Position numbers and translations under genes: made by a program. A stretch of DNA of 63,741 bases, filler included, from Choristocarpus tenellus KU-1152 (taxonomy: Eukaryota > Protista > Phaeophyceae): assembly GCA_964200185.2 (NCBI GenBank). It is 11 parts of 11 records of this genome, joined end to end, with 100 filler letters (N's around TTAATTAATTAA, not from the genome) between each part and the next. Parts side by side here need not be neighbours in the genome. Positions count along the whole stretch, not along the records: positions 24,163 to 26,741 come from CAXNAD020026596.1; positions 26,842 to 29,623 come from CAXNAD020024807.1; positions 29,724 to 44,488 come from CAXNAD020001117.1; 8 more parts are not named here. One strand, given 5' to 3'. Positions 24,561 to 36,400 of the stretch are shown here, piece after piece. The stretch's first letter is position 1. Every line of letters begins with the position of its first letter. The notes beneath the pieces are model-generated. The model saw nothing but the letters and a program-made list of their open reading frames with translations. It was not told where the DNA came from and did no database searches.

Positions 24561-25838
24561 TCCGATGATTGCTCCACACATGATACAACGAAAAAAACAG
24601 TACATACACACTTATTGACAGCATCGAGGTTTGTCCAGACGTTTCATTTTATTTAAACAGCAGTAAGACTTATCTATATCGCGAACGAAAACAGGGGGGT
24701 GAACACAGTCAAGAACTTGACGGCAATAGGGTATATACCATTAATACGCACCCATACACCGCTAGCGGTATTTATCTATATATTCAATACCTCAAGCTGT
24801 AATCATAAGTTCCTCTCACGGTCATACCATTCTGCCGACTCTAATCGAGCTCTACTTACTTCCGGGTTGTGAAACAATTTACTGCGCCAGAACTTGGAAC
24901 TTAAGGTTCCTCGCCGACCTGCTTCGCGCCTTCCAAGGTTTATACAGTTCAGAATCATTGTAAGCGCAATGACTACCGGAACAGAAACAGAAGAAGAACA
25001 ATATTGATCTCTGTTTTTTATTAACGCAACCCACCCCACCACATCGATCTCTATTTCACTCGGAAGTGTGTCGCCGCACCACCGGAGGCGAATCGGAGAA
25101 TGAGAAACAAAAAAAAACAAAAAAACAAAAAAACGAGGCTTACTGACGATAAAAAAAAGGAGTGAGAAAAAAAAAAGGATTAAAATCTGAAAAAATTATC
25201 ATTACTCTCCAGAGTATGTATATATACACCACCTGTTTCTCCTCCGGGCATACTACCAACCTTTGACCGGTCTCAAGAAACAACCAACCCTAACCCTAAC
25301 CCTCCCAGCGCAAGTAATAGCTCTCAAACATCTACCAAACCTAACCCTCGGGAAAGGGGACTTGAGATGTACCTAACCCGGTAATAGCTATACACCGTTC
25401 ACTCCTGTCACCACACTCAATTAAGGAAATCTCAATTATTTCTGGCCCTGAGCAAGTCATAGTTCCACTGCGTTGACCTCAGTTCTGGCAATTACAACCA
25501 AGAGAGCGCGTTTTGCTTCACGGTGGTATCCTCCCATTTCCTCGGCTAGCCAGCCCGAATTACTAAAAGAGATGTCTCCCCTGCTCACACACACAAGTGA
25601 GTAGGCGTGTGAGTGTCAAACGTCAGAACTTCGAGGTGTCCTTTCCCACCATCTGTATTATTATTATTTTACTTTTTAAACCTGTATATTTTACATTCTA
25701 CGTGCAATTGCAATGTCGAGAAGATCAGTCAAACCTCTACAACAACAAAAAACTGTAGCATCAACGACACCCTAAAAAAAAACTGAAGACCAAAACAAAA
25801 AAGCTTCAAAAGGCCATCGCAACATAACCTTGGCTCGA

Positions 25839-25971
25839 CGAATCAAATCGAATCGAATCGAATCGAATCGAATCGGTCGAACCCTAACCCTAACCCTAAC
25901 CCTAACCCTAACCCTAACCCTAACCCTAACCCTAACCCTAACCCTAACCCTAACCCTAACCCCAACCCTAA
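25839..25971 (+). repeat. (GAATC)n microsatellite abutting an interstitial (CCCTAA)n tract of about 15 units
   Basis: Directly visible: 25839-25875, then 25880-25971. Confidence 0.95.
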
Positions 25972-27259
25972 GCCCGCTTCGCTACCGCTTCACAGCAACA
26001 CCCGTACTTGTTATTCTATTCAAAAACAACAACACCACCCTTTCAACTTCAACCTTCACTCCCCACACTCTACCTCTTCTTCGTAGTACCTAATTTCGCA
26101 ACCCCATTTAGAGAGATGATGCAAAAAATTCTGCTTTTGCAAACCATCTAAAGAGTATTCTTCTTACTGTAAAAAAGCAGGAGGAAGGCGTGTGCGCCTC
26201 AGTGAGACTAAAATAATATAAAATAATATGGCATGCGCCGAGTCCTTGCCTTTGCGATAAAAACACTATTTCGTCTCATCCTATAAAAACCAATCTCACA
26301 CATACACACAAAAAAAAAGAACGAACATGGATGTTTATATAGGCAATTACACTACCTGCACACTCCATCATTATTATATTATTATTATTATTATTATTTT
26401 ATTTTTTTTAAGATGCATTGCATGCGATTTATTCTACATAGTACATCATTAAAAAACAGCCAACACAATATCAGTAAATACTTGAAAAGCATATCAATTC
26501 GAGTACTAAATCTACCTCCATAATTTATCCTACCCTGTAATATTCTTGCCATGCCATGAGGACGCTAACAGAAATGCCACCCTAAGCCTCCACATCAAGT
26601 CTCTAACAGATACACACCACTTCAATAAGTAGATGGAGACCATGACTGCCTCAATCTGATATCGAGTGTGTCAACACACACGCCTTCCATGGATAGGCTC
26701 AAACTATCTGGGGGGGGGGGTAGCGGTTGTCCATTTGGGGCNNNNNNNNNNNNNNNNNNNNNNNNNNNNNNNNNNNNNNNNNNNNTTAATTAATTAANNN
26801 NNNNNNNNNNNNNNNNNNNNNNNNNNNNNNNNNNNNNNNNNAAAACCCCCCCCCCCCCCCCCAGATACTTTTAGCCTGTAATGTCCTTCAAAGCAAGTAG
26901 TATCACTAATGGCAGTATGAAAACAAATAATGAAAAATGTCCAGATACTAGTACTATGAGCCCACATGATGTGAAAAAGAAAAAATACATCACCTAACGT
27001 TTTGGAGGTCTACCTGTCAACTCACTCCCTCAAAAAACGCTTTGTGTAAAAAGAATTCCGACCATCAACCATTTTATGTTTCTGAGTATCGCCATCAACT
27101 GGGGGTGGTGACTATTGCCGGTCTCTGATCTTCATTTTTTCTCTGAGACAAATATCGGTAAAAAATCCAGTGAAAGGAACCTGGTAGTTCTTGAATGGAT
27201 CATGTAGGGGGGAGTCATGAACTCCGATCTCCAGTTGAGTTGAAGAGTTCACGAACAAT

Positions 27260-27511
27260 AAGTGAAAGTATCTTAGAGGGTATGAGTTTTTCCCTGATTG
27301 TCCATTTGGGGCTTGGCTTCCCATGGGTGTTCTTATGACATTCTCCAACTCCAAAATGTTTAGGAGTAGATAAAATGTATACGTTATGAAGAGGTGTGTC
27401 CAGAAGAAGGATATTGACACTTCCTAACAAACACGATAGCCAATCAAAATCGCAACATTGGATTTTGGCTCCCAAATGGACGCGACTCTACCCTCTAGGA
27501 TACTTTGGCTC
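27260..27511 (+). mobile_element. MITE subfamily A (about 255 bp; TIR GAGYSAAAGTATCTTAGAGGGTA), full copy
   Basis: Terminal inverted repeats, subterminal GTCCATTTGGGG/CCCAAATGGAC inverted motif, AAT on both flanks; homologous to the other A copies. Confidence 0.92.
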
Positions 27512-27751
27512 AATGTACCACTTTCTTTGGTTATTTAATTCCTCGATTCATATGTTGTATCAATGCTCCTTATGCCTAGTCCACCAGACCATGCACTCCT
27601 ATATCACTCTCTTAATTGAGTGCGGGGCTCATGGTAAAGCATGGGGTAGAGTGCATACGATTCTAACAATTCAAGAAACGGAGTTTTTCAATTACCAACC
27701 TCATTTTTGCTCAACTACGCTATGCTGTACCAACCTCAATTGATGCAATAG

Positions 27752-27971
27752 TGATCAAGAGGTCCCCAGAGTTGCATTTTAAGGATGCTGACAAATACGT
27801 GCAAACTTCGCATGGAATATTTTCAGAACAATGTCAAAACTTCCAAACAATAGAGAAATCAACGCTCTGAAGTTGAACTTACACTTCATTAATATAAGTA
27901 TGGGTGAATTGCTATAGAATAAAAACTGACTTTACATGCAAAACGGTCGAAACTTGGTTACTTCTTGTTTA
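27752..27971 (-). mobile_element. Older MITE family E (about 230 bp; TIR core TAAASGAGAGGTAC)
   Basis: Aligns by eye with 49706-49932 and 38988-39222 through the shared TTTGTCAGCATCCTTAAAATGCAACTC block and both ends. Confidence 0.75.
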
Positions 27972-28140
27972 CCTCGTCTCTTTACTACTGACAAATTACC
28001 TGTGGAACATGAATAGTTGCTATCAAGCCATCATTCTATCATGTTTCCTATAACAAGAGTAAGATAATACAGTTTAGTAGCCAGCCTAGGCATCCTCTAT
28101 GAAGGCAGTCTACAAATTAGGTAAATTTCCAGGATCACAT

Positions 28141-28397
28141 GATGAAATTATGTTTGAGGGTACAAGTTTTGCCCTGTTTATCCATTTGGGGCTTGGCTTC
28201 CCATAGGGTTTTTTGTGACATTTTCCTACTCCAAAATGTTTAGGAGTAGGTAAAACGTATACGGTATGAAAAGGTTTGTCCAGAACATGGATATTGACAC
28301 TTCCTAACAAACACAATAGTCAAAATTACATCAAAAACGCTACATTGGATTTTGGCCCCAAATGGATACGGCTCTACCCTCTAAGATACTTTGGCTC
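28141..28397 (+). mobile_element. MITE subfamily A, left TIR degenerate
   Basis: Same internal sequence as 27260-27511; right TIR TACCCTCTAAGATACTTTGGCTC is intact. Confidence 0.9.
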
Positions 28398-28468
28398 ATG
28401 GGAGACTCTCCCGGGTCACCACCTTACGTGTCCCTAGACTATAGAGCGCATGGCTGACGTAAAGATGT

Positions 28469-28912
28469 GACCCAAAGCATGTAAGAGGGTAGGGCCACAT
28501 CCCTTATGGTTCATAAATCCAATGTTGCGATTTTGAATAATTTTGGCTATCGTGGTTGTGAGCAAGTGTTGATATCCTTGCTCCGGACACACTATTTGTA
28601 GTCATATACATTTTAGGTTAACTGTGTGGCTCAAAGTATCTGGGAGGGGGGGGGGATCTACACCAGGGTGTCCATTTCGGGCAAAAACCAGGAAAAGTGC
28701 ACTCATATTATCCATCTGATGTATGCAAACAAACCACGCAAAATCACGACATGAAAAAATTGGCCCAAAATGGACAGCCTCCACCCCCACCCAGATACTT
28801 TGAGCCTGTTCATACAGAAAACCGAACAAGGGTATTAAAAAACCCGTGGGAAGCCAAGCCCCGAACAGACAAACAGGGCAAAAACTCCTACCCTCTTCAA
28901 ATGCTTTGACTC
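28469..28912 (-). mobile_element. MITE subfamily B (TIR GASYCAAAGCATTTAAGAGGGTA) carrying a nested subfamily C insertion
   Basis: Homologous to 58413-58666 and 35141-35399 once 28628-28806 is removed; flanks TGT/TAT. Confidence 0.9.
28628..28806 (+). mobile_element. MITE subfamily C (179 bp; TIR GGCTCAAAGTATCTGGG), nested, TSD TGT
   Basis: Perfect 17-bp TIR with TGT on both sides; the empty site is visible in the B copy near 58561-58570. Confidence 0.95.
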
Positions 28913-29065
28913 TATACCACATGTTGCGCCATCACCAACACAATCTGTTGTAGGCGCAACTCCACCTTTACAGGATAACCTCCAATAAGTAGATTTCCAA
29001 AGTCCATTTACCTACTATTCTACTGCTATCAACAGCCCATTACTCCATAACCTTTCTTCATTCAG

Positions 29066-29151
29066 ATCCGATCAGAGAGGGATAGAGAGATCGCCTTGAA
29101 GAAGCTCAAGCACGACCTGATGTTGGAAGATAAGCGGAAGAACATCGAGAG
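29066..29151 (+). CDS. Isolated candidate exon of a coiled-coil protein
   Basis: Pyrimidine tract and CAG acceptor, open frame IRSERDREIALKKLKHDLMLEDKRKNIER, GT donor. Confidence 0.5.
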
Positions 29152-29510
29152 GTGCCCTATATTCCTGCTTGCATTGTGAAAGGAGGTCGGGGAAACGAGT
29201 TAGAGGGTCAAACTAAGAAGCTGACTCAGCCTGTTGGGTTTGGGTGGTGGCTTCTATAGGCTTGTGCCTCTCCCCGTTCGATGTCATTTTTGTCTGCATA
29301 CTCTTAGCTGCACCCCTGGGGACTGGTATGGACTCCCTCTTTAGAGTACAAACAGCACTTCTTCTGAGAAAACCTTTCCTCCCCCTCTTCTTCATCTTAG
29401 GTCCTCCTACAGCCTCAACCCTTACCCCATCCACACTTGAAAAAACTCATTCCAAGGTGGACGGGGGTGGAGGGAAGGGGTATGGTACATTACACTCACT
29501 TGCCCCGACC

Positions 29511-29554
<44 letters not shown>

Positions 29555-30449
29555 CCCCTTCTTCACTCCCCATCTTCCTTCCTAACAAATACCCCCCCCC
29601 CCCCTCCCTCTTACCTTCCTCCCNNNNNNNNNNNNNNNNNNNNNNNNNNNNNNNNNNNNNNNNNNNNTTAATTAATTAANNNNNNNNNNNNNNNNNNNNN
29701 NNNNNNNNNNNNNNNNNNNNNNNAGCACTTTTCCTGATTTGGGGCAAAATGGACACCCCGGTATAGACTTCCCCCCCCCCCAGATTCTTTGGTCCTCATG
29801 ACAACATGATCATATTATGCAGGATTACTGACATCGTCCATCCACCTAAAGCATCGAGGAAACTGCAAAAATATGTCAGCCCCTACAGTTGATCGCGTGT
29901 ATGGATATCAATAGAGTGCTCATCCTTCCGCAATATGTACACAATACTACAGCTCGTTTCAAGTAAGTTAGAACATGTTCTTGCAATTGGTGTGGTATTT
30001 CCTCAAACTTCAGGTTGAGGTGTAGAGGTCTAGAAAATATATTACAATTGAAGGGAAGGGGAATGGTTTAAATGTATGCCAATAGTAAAATATCGCTGGT
30101 ACATACCCAGTCCGGTACTTTGCATGTCGAGATGTATGTCAAGACCTTATGCTTTGAATGTCAGGTGAATGCCTCAATATACTGAGCATTATATAATTGT
30201 GTCCTCTAACATTTTGCACGTGTGACAGGGGAAGGAAAACGGAAGGATCAAAATCTCGGTTACAAGACTCTGTGTCTTCATACTACTTCGAAGTACAAGA
30301 GTAGTCACTTGTAATTGACTTCTTAATAAAATGATTTACGGATAGGAAAATATACTTTGTGCTGACTTCATACTTCAGTAGCTAAACCAGAGGATACTAA
30401 CGTACTATCAAATTGGTCATAGCAAGGATGCAGCTCATTGCTAACATAC

Positions 30450-33400
30450 CTTGCTTCCCTTGTTTATTTTTTTCGCTAGTTCATCCCCAAGTAGACTGGT
30501 CACCTTCCCCCCAACCAAGACATCAAGCTCAGGATTGTTAAGCACAGAGCTGAGATCCCCGTGTGCGCTGGCAACAACTCTCACCCCCCTGTTGCACACA
30601 GAGAATGGGGCACAGGATGACAGTCTCGGTGCACTTGGTGTTTACCCTGGACTCAATACACCCTATCTACGTCCCACAACACAAAACCGCAATATTGTTG
30701 TTCCTCCCAGTCACTTCCTACTAACTTCATACACATCCAGAGTGTTTGTCTTCAAGTGTAAGCATCATAAAGTCTCATACTCGATCAAATATGAAAGGCT
30801 TCTCCTCCTCTGAACGCATGTAGCATATTTCCTCAGGTGTAACACATAGTTCTCTGTACTCTAGTATTTGTGTTCGGAAAATGACAAGTGTACCACACTC
30901 TATCCACTTTTCAAGGTCAGTAATTTTGATTCTCTGTGACAAGCACATTTATGTCTTGGACTTGATGTGTATGTTGAGTGAGCTACTAACTCACCTCTCC
31001 TTGATGTTGCGACATGCCATGGCCTCTCTCTTGTTAGATATCTCATCGATAACCATTGTTTGGGGGGTGTGATTTTGTAATGTCTCGATCATTACTCTGC
31101 ATGATACACATACGACATGCAGGGAGCAGGATTGTTTGAACAATCATTGCAGGACTATTTCAGAAGTACAACTTTACACTGATCCTAATAGTATTATTGT
31201 TCTTGGTCAACTCCACTGATATGAAGATACAGTGAGCAAAATTTTGGTTCAGTGATTATGGTGATTTCGATACATTTCGTGCGAACTAAACATTTTCACT
31301 CCCCTCAAAAAAATCAGGTGTAAGAGGTATTCGGATCTTTGGCAACAAATATTCTCTCCTACTGGTAGTTGTATCCTCTATTCCTATCGATTCAAGGGTT
31401 AGGGTTAGGATGTACGAGTTGTATTGGTTTCTGTTCAGTACTAGACAATCAAATTCCTGTTCACCTATTCTATTAAAAAACACAACATCTGCAAGGCGGA
31501 AGCAATTCTTGTCATCAAAACTTACTTGTCCTGATTGGCCTTGTCTGCAACCATCATCCTCCGGCTCTACTCGGTATGGAAGTACAGGTGAACGAGGGCA
31601 TTTGAGATTATCAGCAACGTGCAGTATGAAGAGGTACATGTGGCTATATAAATAGGATGGGTGCATACTTCGAATGTGCATTTTGTGGGAATCTGGTGTG
31701 AGGCTCCAGTCACTTGTCAATGACTTTGCTTTCTATTCAGTACCTCAAGAACACCGAATATCAAGGGGACTGATTGTGAGACATTTTTCTTTCATAGTTA
31801 CACACATACATGTCGCACAAATCATTTCCCTACCTACAAGTCAGTGACCGCCCCCCTGTATTGAACGTAAGTTGCATATGTTTGGGCACATCTTTTCAAG
31901 TGCAATATTTAGGAGTGAACTCCATTCACTTATGGGTGCCAATCTTTTGTGCTCAGTTTGTACTTCTAAGGAGGTGGTGTTGGACATCTTTCGAAAAACC
32001 TGGTGGCTGTTAACGAATCAAGAGACTGTGAGTTGTTTAAGATGTTGAGAAGTGGCCACAACAAATACTTCGAGGTATTCGTACAAGTTTCGTACATGGG
32101 GGAGTAGTACCAATAATACGCGATATGCAGAGTACTGATCACGGATAAGCTGGTAAATCTCGTCAACTTGAAAGGTTAAAGGTCAATCCCAACAGGTAAT
32201 TAACATAGGAAGATATTAAAGACACATGTTCATAAACTGGTGAGTGATATCTAAAAATCATCTGTACATGCTAAACAACAAGACCATATCGACAAAGTCG
32301 GGATTTGAACATCGTTCTGTTCGTAGATAGTGCTTCTGATACACATAGACACCACCGGTGGATAATATATTAGGATGGAGAGCCAGTGACAGATATATAG
32401 TATGTACTGACTCATAGTGTTGATTGGTTTTTATATCATGTTCAAGATACACTTCCTACACTTAAGACAAGTAAATAAGTGATTCATAGTAAATTAGTGT
32501 GGACAATGACAAACCCCACACTATAGAAATAATAATGGTAGTCTAGGCTATAGTCTTACCCATACAGTCATTCAGTGGAATCGAGACCATAAGCCCTGTT
32601 ATAATAATTAACTTTGCTCATCTACATCAAGCTATTCATTGTCCTTCACCCAAGCACCAAGGCCAGCGGGTCCAATGGAGAATATTTTAACACGTTCCTC
32701 AACATTGAGTTGTATCCAGTATATTATGTATAGTCCAATACTCCTGATTACAAATGATTTATACATCTTCACTGCTCTTTCAACCATGACATAACAAATG
32801 ACTGAACATATTTTTGTGTACCAAATTGTGAAGAGGAACAAATCATATAATTGTTTGCCCGACTTTTGTACAGTAAGTAGTTCTCAAGGCTGACCAGTAC
32901 CAACGCATGCATGCCTATTGGATGCAGTGAGAAAATGACCAGAAACCAAGAAGAGTATTTGCAGTGAGGAACACATACTTACAGCGAAAGCATGCAAAGA
33001 TTCCAACAATGTGTATACAAAAGTGGATGAACAAGCGCACACAGACTCCTTCAATCAATGCCCCTCACAAATTGCAGAGTAGTGGTATACAGATAAACGT
33101 GCTCTACAGCCTTGCCTGTCCGATGGATTCACGATGTGGCCTACGACCATCTCCAGCAATCTCATTTGACGTGTCAACAATTATCAGTGTCTGCAAAAAT
33201 ACGGTAAAAAGGTAAGCATAGAACAAACTTCAGCAATTGGTTGAGGGGGCATCTAAATGCGCATTGCATGTGTATTCCACCATGAAACCAATTATTATTA
33301 GAAGCAGCTCCTCTCCTCACGCAAATACCCTAATATACACCTAAACTATATCACTATTTATATCGAAACATAGAAGCCGATAATCGAAACTTCATCTTAC

Positions 33401-36400
33401 CCAACCCCGCCACTCCATAAACATTCCTCCCAAAAGGCAAGCTTCAAGTCACCGATGTATTTTGGTTCAACTCAGGTGCACTACCAGTAAGTTAAACCAT
33501 CAATGACGTTGACCAAAGAATCGTACTCCTATAGATAAGATTTGCGTTTGTCTTGTTTTCAATGCTTCTTTTCATAAGAGGAAACGTGGGACATCATTAC
33601 AGGAGTGACAGGACTGATGAATCAATGACGTTATCATACCAAAAACAAGGGGAGCAGAGAAAACACAGCTAGGACCCAAAATAGTGGGCGATGAAATTTC
33701 TTCTTTGGGATCATAAATGAAAGGCGTTGATGCAAATATCCTCTGTTTCTGACCTTCCACAATATTGTCCATGCCCCCTCCCACAGGCAAGGTAAACAAC
33801 CTTCTAGTGTGAGTGAGGGGTCTCGCAATCCTATGTGCTAGGACGACGATCCATGGCAAGTTATAACCACCCTCCATTGGAGTTCGTATATCCCTGTGCT
33901 ATCTTGAAAAAATTACTGTGATGACATAAACTGTTACCTGTTTAGTCAACCTACGCTTGATTGTGAACAAGACTAGAACTGGTCCCACCTTGTCACTCTC
34001 TTTCCAACGGTCTGCAACACATACAACAACCTACGAATACAGCATCATATCATGTTTATATTATAACTACATCATCGTACATTGCTGGCAAGGACTGCTG
34101 TATGTCCACAAGATTCAAGCTTTATTGAGGAAGCAACGCGTGCTATTTTCTACTGAGGATGTTAAGTCAGGAGTAAATCAATTCTTGCTTTGATTATGGA
34201 AGAGCCTAGGAACCATAAAGTTTGGAAATATTTCGAGTAACTCAACTGAAGGTACTCAAGAGTGTAGAAAGGGCTTAGTTGGGAGAATGGAATGGCAACA
34301 TCGATATTGAAATTTGGACTGGTAATTGCCACAATTTTGCCACAGTTCAGTTGTACTGTACAGCCAATCTACACCCGACCTATTGTATGCCGTAGGAAAA
34401 TGTTTGTCAACAGATGTTGACTCACCTGAGTCTGAGACACTTTGCGGCATATCTCTCGGATTACTGTTGTCTTCCCAGAACCAGGTGGCCCGAGCACAAG
34501 GATGGAGGGGGCATACTGTGGACCAGTTTTCTCCTCAATCATTTCTTCATTTGCAGGACATAGACAGGGGAAAGGGAAGTCGGGTGAACAATGTGTTCAG
34601 TTGCACCCCCAACTAAGTTTGGAGTAGAGAGTGAAAAAAGATACTTGCTAGTTTGAGATCTAGTCTTTACTGAGGTCTGTATGTTGTATCTCCTACGTCT
34701 TCCCTTGACAGGCAATTTCATAGCTTTTCTTTTACCGTGTACACCAACTGGCACAGCCCCCTGAGCGCAATTTATTCATGCACACTTTGCACAACTTTTC
34801 CTATTTATCACATACCAGTGAAATGCTTCTTACTCGTTGAGTCCTGGGCGTAGAACAGCAAGTCGTCAATGACGTCAGCGCTACCCGGGAAGAAGCGACC
34901 AATTCGTATTGTTAGCCCATATATCTTGCCCTGCTTGTCCCTCATGGCACTAATACGATGGAGCTCCCCATCCACCCCTGCTCGATTGTCAGGACCAAAG
35001 CCCCTATTGCGTTCCAGGTCCTTTGTCATGGCCTCCAAATGTTCACGTGTCACCAGGATTTCCTTATCCTCGCATAAGAAGATTGAACCATGACCTGCAT
35101 AGTGTGGACCACTGGTTAGAATATATAAACATCACTTAAAGACCCAAAGCATTTAAGAGGGTAAGGCCGTGTCCATTAGGGCAATGTTGCGATTTTGATT
35201 AATTTTGGCTGTCGTGTTTGTTAGCAAGTGTCAACATCCTTGCTCCGGACACCCTTCAGAGTCCTACACATTTTACCTACTCCGAATTCCGAAATGTTCG
35301 CACACAGAAAACCCAAAAATGGGCATAAAAACCCATGGGAAGCCAATCCCCGAACGGACATACAGGGCAAAACCCCTACCCTCTTAAATGCATTGGCTCA
35401 AGAGTTGTCAAGTGGTCTTGGTACACATGAGGTTAGCGCTGCAAGAGAATGGTCAACAAAGCCAGATGTTCTGCAGTTTTGCATGCGTAGTGTTGTGGCA
35501 ATGTTTGATGATGGGAAAAAATATGTCCATTATGAGTCGTCTATTGATTAAACCATCATCATAGAGCCTTGTTCGAAAGAGAGAGAACTAGCTCAACAGC
35601 AAAGCACTCAAGTGGTTTTAAATTAAATATCATCTGAGAAAAATGAAACTAATCTTGACCAAAATGGTCTACTGGGCAAGATAACGCCATATTGGTGACG
35701 GACTAAGGTACTTTCCAGAAGGTCTCCAAAACTACAAATCGATCTCGCTGTACTCTTACCAATACGACCATCACCGGAGCATATCACGCAATAATTGGTA
35801 CTCCACGAGATGATGTGATAGCATGACGTGCTGATGCTAACACGGTGCCAAAGTCTTACCTTGAATTGAAGCCCGTGGTCGTGATCCCTCATCCAACACC
35901 AACTCTTCCAGCTTGAACAAGTGTTGGCTGCTGTAGCTCGAAATACGGGGTAAGATACCACTGATATTATGTAGGATTGTTTTGTATTAAGCAGCATTGA
36001 AGAGCACAAAAACCTTTCACAACTCATTGAAGACCGAAAGTCAGACAATAATTGCACAAGTACCAAGACAAGTTTGACGTTGCCACAATCGGATGCAAAC
36101 AATAAATGTATACACTAGTATATACGAATATTGTGCACACCTGGGTGAGAGCTTCTCGTTCATGAATATAGGTGGAATCATACTCAGCAAGCGATCTAGA
36201 GATTTGTCCACACGAAGTTTGTGCGTCTGTCGAGTCTCTGACAAGTGCCTGTGGGAGAAGCAGACATTGGGAGTACGCAAGTCTACAAATCATGCATGTT
36301 TTGCTGACTGGAGAACACAAAATATTCAGTGCCGATCCAATTGTTTTCTGCTCGCTTCCTAGCCTTCCCCTCAATATTTTTGTTTCTTGTGAAACAACTA

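Noticed and set aside
27112-27743. Recurrent ORF peptides such as HFGVGKCHKK..GKPSPKW and WILAPKWTRLYPLRYFGS (also near 28110, 46325, 57498, 57857)
   Set aside because: Translations of MITE A DNA, with inconsistent frames and stops between copies; not a protein family.
27000-27750. Faint piggyBac-like transposase remnant on the minus strand (ECMVWW..., QLEIG)
   Set aside because: Needs several stops and frameshifts; similarity too weak to call without a profile search.
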